From the NCBI GenBank assembly GCA_016932785.1, contig JAFGCJ010000001.1, positions 74,909 through 138,908 on the forward strand: a stretch of 64,000 nucleotides of DNA. Direction: 5' to 3'. A program made the translations under genes and the position numbers. The notes under the pieces are model-generated. The model did not search any database and was not told the origin of the DNA. It saw only the letters and a list, made by a program, of their open reading frames with translations. Below are positions 9,067 through 17,303 of this stretch, one piece after another. Numbering within the stretch: position 1 is the stretch's first letter; each line of letters starts with the position of its first letter. This DNA comes from Candidatus Dojkabacteria bacterium. Its GTDB lineage: Bacteria > Patescibacteriota > Dojkabacteria > SC72 > JAFGCJ01.

Positions 9067-12000
9067 CAGAACGGATGGAAAAATAAGAATTAGGTTGTTA
9101 CATTTTGTGACCCGTGTGGTTCTCCCTGTTCTGTTTTTTGGAACATTCATTGTTCTTACAGGCGATTTTCTGTATGGAAGCGCTGAAGCTGGTTGTAGCA
9201 GTTGTTCCTGTACCTCAGGTTGTTCCGGTTGCGATTCGGGATTTTCAACCTGCGGTGGTTGTGGAGATTGTTGTAGCCATTCAAATGCCTATCGTGCTGC
9301 AAATTGTGGGGGTGGATGCTGCGACTGTTATGGCTGTGGTAATTACAGTTGTGACAATCCCCCGCCTTGTACACCGGGATGTTCATGTTCTCCCCATTGT
9401 GATTCAGGTGAAAGTACTACGTATTCTGGACCCTACTGTGATGCAGGGCGTGAGAGCTGTTCCTGTACAGATGGTTGTGGAGATCGTCATACTCACCACG
9501 GTGATGACTGTTATTTACCGGAGACCAATTATGCTCCGGAAAATCTTCAGCATATATACTACTGTGTTGGAGGTGTAGCCGCTTCTAATTGTACAGAGAT
9601 TTCCCAGAATGCAAGCGTTCATACCATAGTAACAATGCCAAGTGCTGGAACTCCTGTTTATATAGCAGTGAATACTGTCCCCGTACCATCTGGCAGTAAC
9701 ACTCGTGGTGTCAGATATATCTTTAGAGTTGATAACGAATCAAACTCTTGGGTAAATTGTGGATCTGGACCTTCGCAAACTTATGATCATTGTGGTGACC
9801 AACGCGCAGAGAACTATACTATCAATCTTCGAGATCGGATCGGAATTGTAGAAGGAGCCTCCTATCACACCTGGGCGTGGGCGGGAACTCTTGACAGGTG
9901 TGATGATGATATTAAATTAAGTGGGAGAATTGATGGCTATTTCAAAATTAATCATTTACCCAGAGTAATATCATCTTCGCCCAGTACTGGTATTTCGGGA
10001 AATGAACCAGATGAGGAGCCGTCGAGCTCTTGTGATGACCATAATCCCCAGACATATTCGATAACCTATCGAGACCTTGATGGAACGGGACATATCAATT
10101 TTGCAGCGCTCTGGATTGATGATGCAATACCTCATGTTTCCAATGTCCAGAGCTCGGTTCAGGCATCAATAAGCAGGCAGGGGGGAGGTTGGGTTCTTAA
10201 TGGACTTGGTCTAAGTTCAGGAGTTGAGATTGGTGTGTGGGCCTATGCGAAGGTTATTGGTGATTGTGCACTGCCAGGAAATATCCCTAAAGCCGAGATT
10301 TTGATTGATGATGTTTCGGTAAGGACCTTTGATGTAGATGTTGGAAACAGCGGCAGTGATTATAAGTATTATTCTTTTACGTATAACGGGTCGGTCAGTG
10401 CAGACAGAATTAAAGTCAGACAGGCCAATCATTGCTGGATGCCAGCACCTGGGAATCATAACAGCTGGCTTTGGGTAGATAAATTGGTAATTAATGGTGT
10501 CAACTATGAGTCTGAAGCGCCTACTACGCGCTCTGTTGGGAAATGGTATGAGAATCGCTGTGATCCTGAACCTGGGCATTATCTAGAATCAGAGGAGCTT
10601 AATTGTGGTAATTCGTATTTTGATTATGCTGGGTCGACTGTTTTCCCTGATACCAGCGATTATAGAAACTATGCCTGGAATGTCCCTTCTGGTGGTCTTG
10701 GAGTGAGTGATGGCAGTGAGCCTCAGTTATACATGCCTGCCCCAGGAAGGGGCAATTCTGCTTGTACGTCGGATGCTGGCGGTTGTGAAGGCTCCGATGT
10801 GGGAATTGCACTTACAAATATCACGGAAAGCGGGAATGATCTTATTGTTGACTGGAAGGTCTGGTATTTTGGAAATATAGGTAATGATCTGGATATATAT
10901 GGTTGGACAAGCGATTTTGTTGGTCAGGCAAGCGGATGGGTTGATATTGGCGATTGGTTCCTGGATCTAAGAGCGCCTGAGGTTAGCATTAGTATTTCTC
11001 ATAATAATCTTCCAGGAAGGCCGTCGGATAGTATAGATTTCGATGAGTCAGCATCAGATAATGATAGTTTTGATACGGGTTTACGAAGAATATATGACCG
11101 AGTCTATAATGTTACTAATGCAGGAGAAACAAGGTCAGGTAGTATCGGTCCTGATGTTGGGGCTGGTGCAGCTGGAACATGGGATCCTCCTCCGACTGTT
11201 GTGACAGGATTTACCGGTGGTGATGAGGTTACAGGGTCGACTTATGCGGAAGATATGGTATGTAATGTCTCTTCAGCAACGAGTAATCTTATGCAGGCCG
11301 GAGCTGAATGGATGCAGACAAAATATGGTGCAGTGTATGCGGCTCTTGGATTTGATAATCCTGTAATTTCCGGTCAGTTCATGAACTCTTTTGTGACTAC
11401 TGGAGTTTACGACACCGATGAAGATTGGTTCTGGAATCCTGCCGACGATATTCTAAGCCAGAGAAGCTGGGCAACAAATCCGTACAATGACATGCATAGA
11501 GGCCTTGGGTGGTATGAGATGCTGAAGCGACTTGCTCGTAAATCTGAGTGGTTAAGATCTCATGATATTCTTACACCTACCGTGAGTGGTGGAAGAATTG
11601 ACCTGGATAATATGAGTGAAGATGGGATCTATGAATATAATGGCTCAGATGATGTAACCGTGTTTTCTTCCAGCGGTCAGTGTTCGGGGAGGAAGATACT
11701 ATTTGTCGATGCCGGAAATGTCGCAATAGAACCCGATATATTGCTAGCAAATGATAATTCCGCATGTTTGTTTGTGGTAAGAAACGATGTAAATATTGCT
11801 CCGGGAGCTGATGCTGGAAACGCTGATAATGAGGATATTATTCATGCCGGAATATTTGCTGACAGCTTCACGTCTGGTCCTGATAATGCATTTGATAAAT
11901 TAAGAATCAGGGGTCTTGTGATTGCGAATGACACGAATTTCAACAGGGACCTTGTGTTTGAAGATAACCTACTCTACCCTGCAGAGTTGATAGTGTATGA

Positions 12001-12106
12001 CTCAAGACTGCTCCATCTTTTGAGGGATATGCTTGGAAGTAGACCGTATGAGCAGTTTAAATGTGGTACTGTGAAGGATACTCCTGCATGTGAAGGGTGG
12101 GAGTAA
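9047..12106 (+). CDS. Giant Cys-rich secreted or anchored protein, paralog 1 (candidate pilus-associated adhesin)
   Basis: 1019-aa ORF. TTG start per track; GTG at 9056 or 9107 is also possible. Hydrophobic N-terminus VVLPVLFFGTFIVLTG, then 24 Cys in about 110 aa (9191-9520). C-terminal ~270 aa is homologous to the ORF at 13171-15546. Confidence 0.85.
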   Translation: MRIVGISRTDGKIRIRLLHFVTRVVLPVLFFGTFIVLTGDFLYGSAEAGCSSCSCTSGCSGCDSGFSTCGGCGDCCSHSNAYRAANCGGGCCDCYGCGNYSCDNPPPCTPGCSCSPHCDSGESTTYSGPYCDAGRESCSCTDGCGDRHTHHGDDCYLPETNYAPENLQHIYYCVGGVAASNCTEISQNASVHTIVTMPSAGTPVYIAVNTVPVPSGSNTRGVRYIFRVDNESNSWVNCGSGPSQTYDHCGDQRAENYTINLRDRIGIVEGASYHTWAWAGTLDRCDDDIKLSGRIDGYFKINHLPRVISSSPSTGISGNEPDEEPSSSCDDHNPQTYSITYRDLDGTGHINFAALWIDDAIPHVSNVQSSVQASISRQGGGWVLNGLGLSSGVEIGVWAYAKVIGDCALPGNIPKAEILIDDVSVRTFDVDVGNSGSDYKYYSFTYNGSVSADRIKVRQANHCWMPAPGNHNSWLWVDKLVINGVNYESEAPTTRSVGKWYENRCDPEPGHYLESEELNCGNSYFDYAGSTVFPDTSDYRNYAWNVPSGGLGVSDGSEPQLYMPAPGRGNSACTSDAGGCEGSDVGIALTNITESGNDLIVDWKVWYFGNIGNDLDIYGWTSDFVGQASGWVDIGDWFLDLRAPEVSISISHNNLPGRPSDSIDFDESASDNDSFDTGLRRIYDRVYNVTNAGETRSGSIGPDVGAGAAGTWDPPPTVVTGFTGGDEVTGSTYAEDMVCNVSSATSNLMQAGAEWMQTKYGAVYAALGFDNPVISGQFMNSFVTTGVYDTDEDWFWNPADDILSQRSWATNPYNDMHRGLGWYEMLKRLARKSEWLRSHDILTPTVSGGRIDLDNMSEDGIYEYNGSDDVTVFSSSGQCSGRKILFVDAGNVAIEPDILLANDNSACLFVVRNDVNIAPGADAGNADNEDIIHAGIFADSFTSGPDNAFDKLRIRGLVIANDTNFNRDLVFEDNLLYPAELIVYDSRLLHLLRDMLGSRPYEQFKCGTVKDTPACEGWE

Positions 12107-12159
12107 CCTAGTGTCTATTTTTGGGCTCCCCTTTTGACCTTGAATAGTGCTTCGTAGGT

Positions 12160-12717
12160 ATGATATTTTGTAATAGTGTAGTAATTTGGCGTTTATCCTC
12201 TATGGCTATAAAGAAAGCTAAGCTTCTAGATGTTTTTAACAAGCCCCTGTTCTGGGTAATTCTTATAGTTGTTAATCTTCTAGTTATTTATCTTTCGTTG
12301 CTGTGGGGGTATCAAACCTCCCGTCTTTCAAGCAGTTTTGACAATTTTGTTCAAGAGTCCGGTATTTGGCGTCTATTTGGACAAAAAAATTATAACGAGG
12401 GTGCATTCATTTTTGATCCTTCCCTCAATATTTCACACCATTCAATAAAAGTTGATGCCTATTCAGGTTATCTCAACAAGGTCAATATTGAGGGTGAAAA
12501 GATAGTTTTAATTCTAAATTCTCAAAATAAAGAGGATTTCGAGGTTGAAATTCCAAAGGCTGAGGACGGTAAATACATTCTGTGTCAGAAGAATATGCCT
12601 TTTTGCCATGAGGGCTCTGTTGAAGATCTTACGATTGGTGACCTGGTTTGGGTTTATCGTGTTGAGGATATTGACGAAAAGACTGAGGATTATTATTTGT
12701 CTGGAAATTTTGAATGA
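12160..12717 (+). CDS. Hypothetical membrane-anchored protein
   Basis: 185-aa ORF. The likelier start is ATG 12202 (MAIKKAKLL...). One TM (LFWVILIVVNLLVIYLSLLWG). Its stop overlaps the next start (ATGA at 12714). Confidence 0.6.
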   Translation: MIFCNSVVIWRLSSMAIKKAKLLDVFNKPLFWVILIVVNLLVIYLSLLWGYQTSRLSSSFDNFVQESGIWRLFGQKNYNEGAFIFDPSLNISHHSIKVDAYSGYLNKVNIEGEKIVLILNSQNKEDFEVEIPKAEDGKYILCQKNMPFCHEGSVEDLTIGDLVWVYRVEDIDEKTEDYYLSGNFE

Positions 12718-13178
12718 AAAAAATACTGTTTAAAATACTACAAGTGGCCGGGATAATATCGTTAATAAGCATAGGGATATTTGGTCGGGTCGCCTTCTCT
12801 TTTCCTCGGGAAAATTATAATGGAAAATGTGAAAATTGTTCTCAACTTAATCTTCAGGTTATTTCAATATCATCGTCTGTAAAAATCGAAGATGAGGATG
12901 TATCGGGAGTGTTTTACGCCGATGAAGAAGGAGACATAATGGAGTCGGATTCTCTTGATGTTGATTGGTATAAAGAAATTTATGAAAACGACAAAATAAC
13001 ATTTCAGATGTTAGCAAAGCTTTCAAGTGATGATCGCCCTACCCTGTTTGTAACATCCGAGGAAGTTACAGATTACAATTTTCTTTCGTCGTATTGTAAT
13101 AAGATGACTCCAGGAATTTCCTATGACGGGGAATTTCTACCTGTTTGTTTTGAAATATTTAGAAACTACTATGACTAG
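12714..13178 (+). CDS. Hypothetical protein with N-terminal signal or anchor
   Basis: 154 aa. N-terminus MKKILFKILQVAGIISLISIGIFG. Translationally coupled on both sides (ATGA overlap upstream, 8-nt overlap downstream). Confidence 0.6.
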   Translation: MKKILFKILQVAGIISLISIGIFGRVAFSFPRENYNGKCENCSQLNLQVISISSSVKIEDEDVSGVFYADEEGDIMESDSLDVDWYKEIYENDKITFQMLAKLSSDDRPTLFVTSEEVTDYNFLSSYCNKMTPGISYDGEFLPVCFEIFRNYYD

Positions 13179-15546
13179 ATCGCAGATATTGAAATTTACT
13201 TTGACGGCTGTGCTGGTTTTTTTGATGGCTAGTATTGAGATTTTCTTATTTCGAACGGATACCCTCGCCTGTGTGGGTTGCACCGGTTGCTCAGCAAGTG
13301 GAAGCAGCTGTACTGGAGGCGGCAAATACTGTGAGACATCTTTTATGGGTAGTTGTTTTCCGGGGACCACATCTTGTAGCTGGAATTTTGAAGGGAAATG
13401 TCACTGTCATTGTAATGCAAGTACGCCATCATGCAAGTCCTGTTCCTGTGAGACTCCTTCAGGTTTTTCTTCTTCTCTAGTGTCGCCTGGTGACGGTAGT
13501 ACCAAGGCTGGAACAGGAAGCAGCAGTACCGGAAATATCAATGTAAGTTTGGTTTTTGATGCTGTGGTGGCTGATTGGGGTGATGATAAAGGGTCAGGAA
13601 CAAAGGGTAAAGGATCTGGTTGTGGAGGATGTAGTTCGAGTGGTAATGATGTTATTCAGGTTAGGTATAGGCCTTCTGGCGGCTCCTGGACGTCATGGTA
13701 TACCCCATCGGTGGTTGATGGGCATTTTCAGTATAATGCTGGTGGATTATCAGAATGTTCGAGTTATGAGTGGCAGACGCGTGCGTATAACGGCTGCGAA
13801 GCCGCTGAGGGGCCGGTTTGGACTTTTAAAACAGACTGCAGGCCTTCTGTTGTATCTATTCACGCCGTTGATACCTCCTGTAGCGATAGTTGGTCGGGTG
13901 TCTTCGAGAACGGTGCAAATAATCCATTGACTATTAGAGCCGTGTATAGAGATCCTGATGGATATAGGGATATAGATAGAGTGTTTGTTGCAATGGCTGC
14001 CGATGAAGTTGATGATATGGGTAGTATTGGCTGTGGATCCTGGGAGAGGGATTTATGCGATTCTTTCGGGCTTTACTATGAGGATAACACGGTAACTATC
14101 ACTGATGATAATAAACCTTCTTCGGGATGTCCGTGGCTTGATTCAGGTGATGGTGAAAATTCAAGGATCTTGGTAGAAGAAATTACCTCGACATCATTGT
14201 CTAGTGAAGAAGTTGAATATAGGTATGTCATTCGTCTGAAAGGAGACTTCCCTGGCGGTGAGTTTAAGTTTTTTGGTCTTGCCGAAGATGAGTCTGGGGT
14301 TATGAGTTGTAACGGAGATCCTAGTAGATCTGGCTGTTGGGACGAGGGTAATCCTTGGAATGTTGATCTTACGCTTCCTGTCGGATTTGTAAATCCTTTT
14401 CATCAGCCAGGTGATCCTGCAGATGAAATAAGATTTGAGCAGACTGGTGAAGATCCCGGTGATGTTACTTCGGGGTTAAAAAGGGTTTTTCTTAGGCGGT
14501 ACAATATTGACCGGAATGAGGAGATATTTCCCGATGAGGATTCGTACTATAGTTACGGCGGTGATCTTCCTTTATCAGGAGAAAGTGAATGGGGACCTGA
14601 AATTACTGGTGCCATAACACCCCCTTGTGGATTAACGGGCGGGGATATTGTTAATGCGTGGGTATCATTTGAGGATTTTGCCTGTAACAAGTCGATTGTT
14701 GATGACAGTCATAACTGGGTTGAAGCAGGACGGGAATGGATGCAGACAAAATTTGGTTCTGTTTACTCGGCTTTGGGGTATAGTAACCCTGTGATTGAGG
14801 GTCAATATATGAATTCCTATGTAACAACGGGAATATATGATGATGGTGTCGCAGAAAAATACTGGTTTCCGGGGGATTCTGTTCTTAGCGGTAATGCTTG
14901 GACCGTCAAGCCATATGATGATAATAATAGGGTGTTTGAATGGGCGGATATGCTTAAGAGGCTAGTAAGATCATCTATGTGGCTCAGGTCCCACGATATT
15001 GAGGTGATAAATACAATACCCGAAGGTGGACGCCTTGATCTTGATACTCTCGATTCTGACGGTGTTTGGGAGTATACCGGTAGCGATGATCTTACTGTTT
15101 TTTCGAGTACGGGCAGCTGCAGTAGCCGAAAAATATTGTTGGTTGGAGACATAAACCTTGATATTGAACCGGATATAAAACTGTCAGGCAAAGATTCGGC
15201 TTGTCTGTTTGTTTCTAGAGGTAGTATTAGAGTGTTGTCTGGTTCTAATGCTGGAGGATCCGATAATGAAGATGTTCTTGAGGCAGGTCTAGTGGCCGAT
15301 GGTAATTTTGAGACTGTCAATGACAATAATCATGACAGGTTGAGAATTCGCGGTTTAGTTGTTGCCGATACTGTAAGCTTTGATCGGGATCTTGTTTTTG
15401 AAGATAATTTGCTCTACCCTTCTGAGCTGATTGTATACGATCCCCGAATTCTTTATTTACTTAGAGATATGCTTGGCAGAAGACCTTTTGAAGAATTTAA
15501 ATGCGGTACTGTGAAAGATTCACCGACTTGTGAGGGTTGGGATTAG
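13171..15546 (+). CDS. Giant Cys-rich secreted or anchored protein, paralog 2 (candidate pilus-associated adhesin)
   Basis: The track ORF starts at 13123. ATG 13171 (MTRSQILKFTLTAVLVFLMASIEIF) gives a sensible hydrophobic N-terminus and overlaps the preceding stop. 13 Cys in 61 aa (13270-13452). The C-terminal domain (14725-15543) aligns end to end with 11297-12103. Confidence 0.85.
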   Translation: MTRSQILKFTLTAVLVFLMASIEIFLFRTDTLACVGCTGCSASGSSCTGGGKYCETSFMGSCFPGTTSCSWNFEGKCHCHCNASTPSCKSCSCETPSGFSSSLVSPGDGSTKAGTGSSSTGNINVSLVFDAVVADWGDDKGSGTKGKGSGCGGCSSSGNDVIQVRYRPSGGSWTSWYTPSVVDGHFQYNAGGLSECSSYEWQTRAYNGCEAAEGPVWTFKTDCRPSVVSIHAVDTSCSDSWSGVFENGANNPLTIRAVYRDPDGYRDIDRVFVAMAADEVDDMGSIGCGSWERDLCDSFGLYYEDNTVTITDDNKPSSGCPWLDSGDGENSRILVEEITSTSLSSEEVEYRYVIRLKGDFPGGEFKFFGLAEDESGVMSCNGDPSRSGCWDEGNPWNVDLTLPVGFVNPFHQPGDPADEIRFEQTGEDPGDVTSGLKRVFLRRYNIDRNEEIFPDEDSYYSYGGDLPLSGESEWGPEITGAITPPCGLTGGDIVNAWVSFEDFACNKSIVDDSHNWVEAGREWMQTKFGSVYSALGYSNPVIEGQYMNSYVTTGIYDDGVAEKYWFPGDSVLSGNAWTVKPYDDNNRVFEWADMLKRLVRSSMWLRSHDIEVINTIPEGGRLDLDTLDSDGVWEYTGSDDLTVFSSTGSCSSRKILLVGDINLDIEPDIKLSGKDSACLFVSRGSIRVLSGSNAGGSDNEDVLEAGLVADGNFETVNDNNHDRLRIRGLVVADTVSFDRDLVFEDNLLYPSELIVYDPRILYLLRDMLGRRPFEEFKCGTVKDSPTCEGWD

Positions 15547-15620
15547 TCAGCGTCTGAGTCTGATCCGCCCCTTATAAAGTTTTTTCCACAATCGTCATAA
15601 ATACTTATCCTATGGGATAT

Positions 15621-15650
15621 TTGACATTGTCTTGCTCTCTGACTTATCAT
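15621..15650 (+). promoter_or_regulatory. Candidate sigma70-type promoter for pilM, pilN and the pilO-like gene
   Basis: TTGACA (15621-15626), 18-nt spacer, TATCAT (15645-15650). This would put the transcription start downstream of ATG 15649 and so favours ATG 15685 as the pilM start. Confidence 0.35.
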
Positions 15651-15684
15651 GATACTACTTATAATAATTTATTCTGCTGCCCTT

Positions 15685-16713
15685 ATGGCGAGTCTGCCCG
15701 ATCATATAGGTCTTGATTTTGGAAATCATAGTGTTAAAGCTGTGCAGTTGAGGGATATATCAAGAAATCCTTCTCTTGTAGCATTTGCAAGTCAGCCTAC
15801 TCCAATTGGAGTTATCAACAGTGAGGATGAGTCTCATCAGGCTCAGCTCGCCGATGCTCTTAGGGTTTTGTACGAAGATGGTGGTTTCAGGACAAGAAAT
15901 GTTGTAGCAGCGCTTCCAGAATTCTCGATATTTACGAGGTTTCTTGAGTTTCCAGGAGTGAAAGAAAGTGAGCTTGAAGATGCGATTCACTGGCAGGCTA
16001 AACAAGTGGTACCAATTCCCATGTCTGAGATTCAGATGAGTTGGATTTTGCTTGGTAGGGATGAATCCAAAAATGCCTATAGAGTTCTTCTAGTTGCTGC
16101 GCCGAGGAAGCTGATAGATTTATATGTGAAGATTGTCCAGATGGCCAAGTTGGATCTAGTTGCTATAGAAACTGAAGCTATAGCTGCGGGTCGATCAGTT
16201 TACAGGTCAGCAAATGTTAGTGATGCTGTGATTCTTGATTTAGGTTCCCAAAGTACAGACATGGGCATAATGGTTGGTGGAGAGCTTCTTTTTTCGCAGA
16301 GTATAGCTGTAGGATCTGATTCGCTAACCAGGGCAATTGCTAGTGAGTTCTCTTTCGAATATAACCAGGCTGAAGAATATAAAAGAAACTATGGTATTGA
16401 CCCTTCTCAGCTTGAAGGAAAGATATACCAAGTGCTAAAACCTGTTGTTGACTCTGTTATAGCAGAAATCCGGCGAGGAATAGAGTTTTTCAAAACGAGG
16501 ACATTGAAATCAGCTCCTGATCAGTTTCTTTTGATAGGTGATGGATCTTTATTGCCTGGACTTGTTGTTTATTTATCACAGGAACTGATGGCCAATGTAC
16601 AGCTTGCTGATCCTTGGAATGGGATAAAGATAGATAAAAAGCAAGAGGCAATTTTATCAAAGGGTAGATCAGCCTATGCTGTTGCTGTTGGTCTTGCCCT
16701 TAAGGCTGAGTAA
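15685..16713 (+). CDS. pilM: Type IV pilus assembly protein PilM (actin-like ATPase fold)
   Basis: N-terminal HIGLDFGNHSVKAVQL motif and the LDLGSQSTD phosphate-2-like motif typical of PilM/FtsA-like proteins. The track ORF begins at 15649; 15685 is preferred. Confidence 0.85.
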   Translation: MASLPDHIGLDFGNHSVKAVQLRDISRNPSLVAFASQPTPIGVINSEDESHQAQLADALRVLYEDGGFRTRNVVAALPEFSIFTRFLEFPGVKESELEDAIHWQAKQVVPIPMSEIQMSWILLGRDESKNAYRVLLVAAPRKLIDLYVKIVQMAKLDLVAIETEAIAAGRSVYRSANVSDAVILDLGSQSTDMGIMVGGELLFSQSIAVGSDSLTRAIASEFSFEYNQAEEYKRNYGIDPSQLEGKIYQVLKPVVDSVIAEIRRGIEFFKTRTLKSAPDQFLLIGDGSLLPGLVVYLSQELMANVQLADPWNGIKIDKKQEAILSKGRSAYAVAVGLALKAE

Positions 16714-16730
16714 CATTTTTTTGAAAATAA

Positions 16731-17291
16731 ATGCAGGCACCTAAATCCATTGATCTTCTTCCAAAAGTAACTGAGGAGGAAATTCAAACGATCGAAAAGA
16801 AGGGAAGAATAAATCTCTTCGGAGTCTTTTTTGTATTGGTAATCATTGTAGTTTCTATTGTTGTTCTTGTAGGAAATCTCCTTGCAAAAATGGATCACAA
16901 CAATAGTATTAAGAAAAGATCTGAATCTGAGGCCAATGTTAAGGAACTTCAATATGTCGAACTTAAGCAAAATACTCTAAATAACAAAATCGCGACTTTC
17001 TCAACCGTAAACAGCAGGGAATTTAGAGCTGAGGTTGTTCTGGAATACTTTATGAGTGTTTCAGAGGGGCTATCAACAGTTGATTCGCTTTTTGTAGACG
17101 ATAACCTTGAATTTGAAGTATCAGGGTATGCCGGAAGCTACTCAAATGTATCACGCCTTTGGCATGATCTTGCTAGTAAAGAAGAGATTTTTGAATATGT
17201 AAACCTTGAATATGCCAGAACATCAAGTGAGGGTCAGATTTTTTTCAGTTTTACAGGGAAGATGAGAAGGGATAGTGTGGACAGTATGTGA
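16731..17291 (+). CDS. pilN: PilN-like pilus assembly protein
   Basis: 186 aa. N-terminal IDLLPK motif, single TM (LFGVFFVLVIIVVSIVVLVG), periplasmic-type C-terminal domain. Lies directly after pilM. Confidence 0.6.
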   Translation: MQAPKSIDLLPKVTEEEIQTIEKKGRINLFGVFFVLVIIVVSIVVLVGNLLAKMDHNNSIKKRSESEANVKELQYVELKQNTLNNKIATFSTVNSREFRAEVVLEYFMSVSEGLSTVDSLFVDDNLEFEVSGYAGSYSNVSRLWHDLASKEEIFEYVNLEYARTSSEGQIFFSFTGKMRRDSVDSM

Positions 17292-17303
17292 TAATACAAA
17301 ATT

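Noticed and set aside
9114-15326. Internal or antisense ORFs inside the two giant genes (9114-9578, 9156-9386, 10217-10579, 13235-13480, 13556-13930, 14817-15326 and others)
   Set aside because: They overlap much longer ORFs whose paralogy to each other supports the called frames. The shadow translations are low-complexity (V/I/R/H-rich) and have no coherent motifs.
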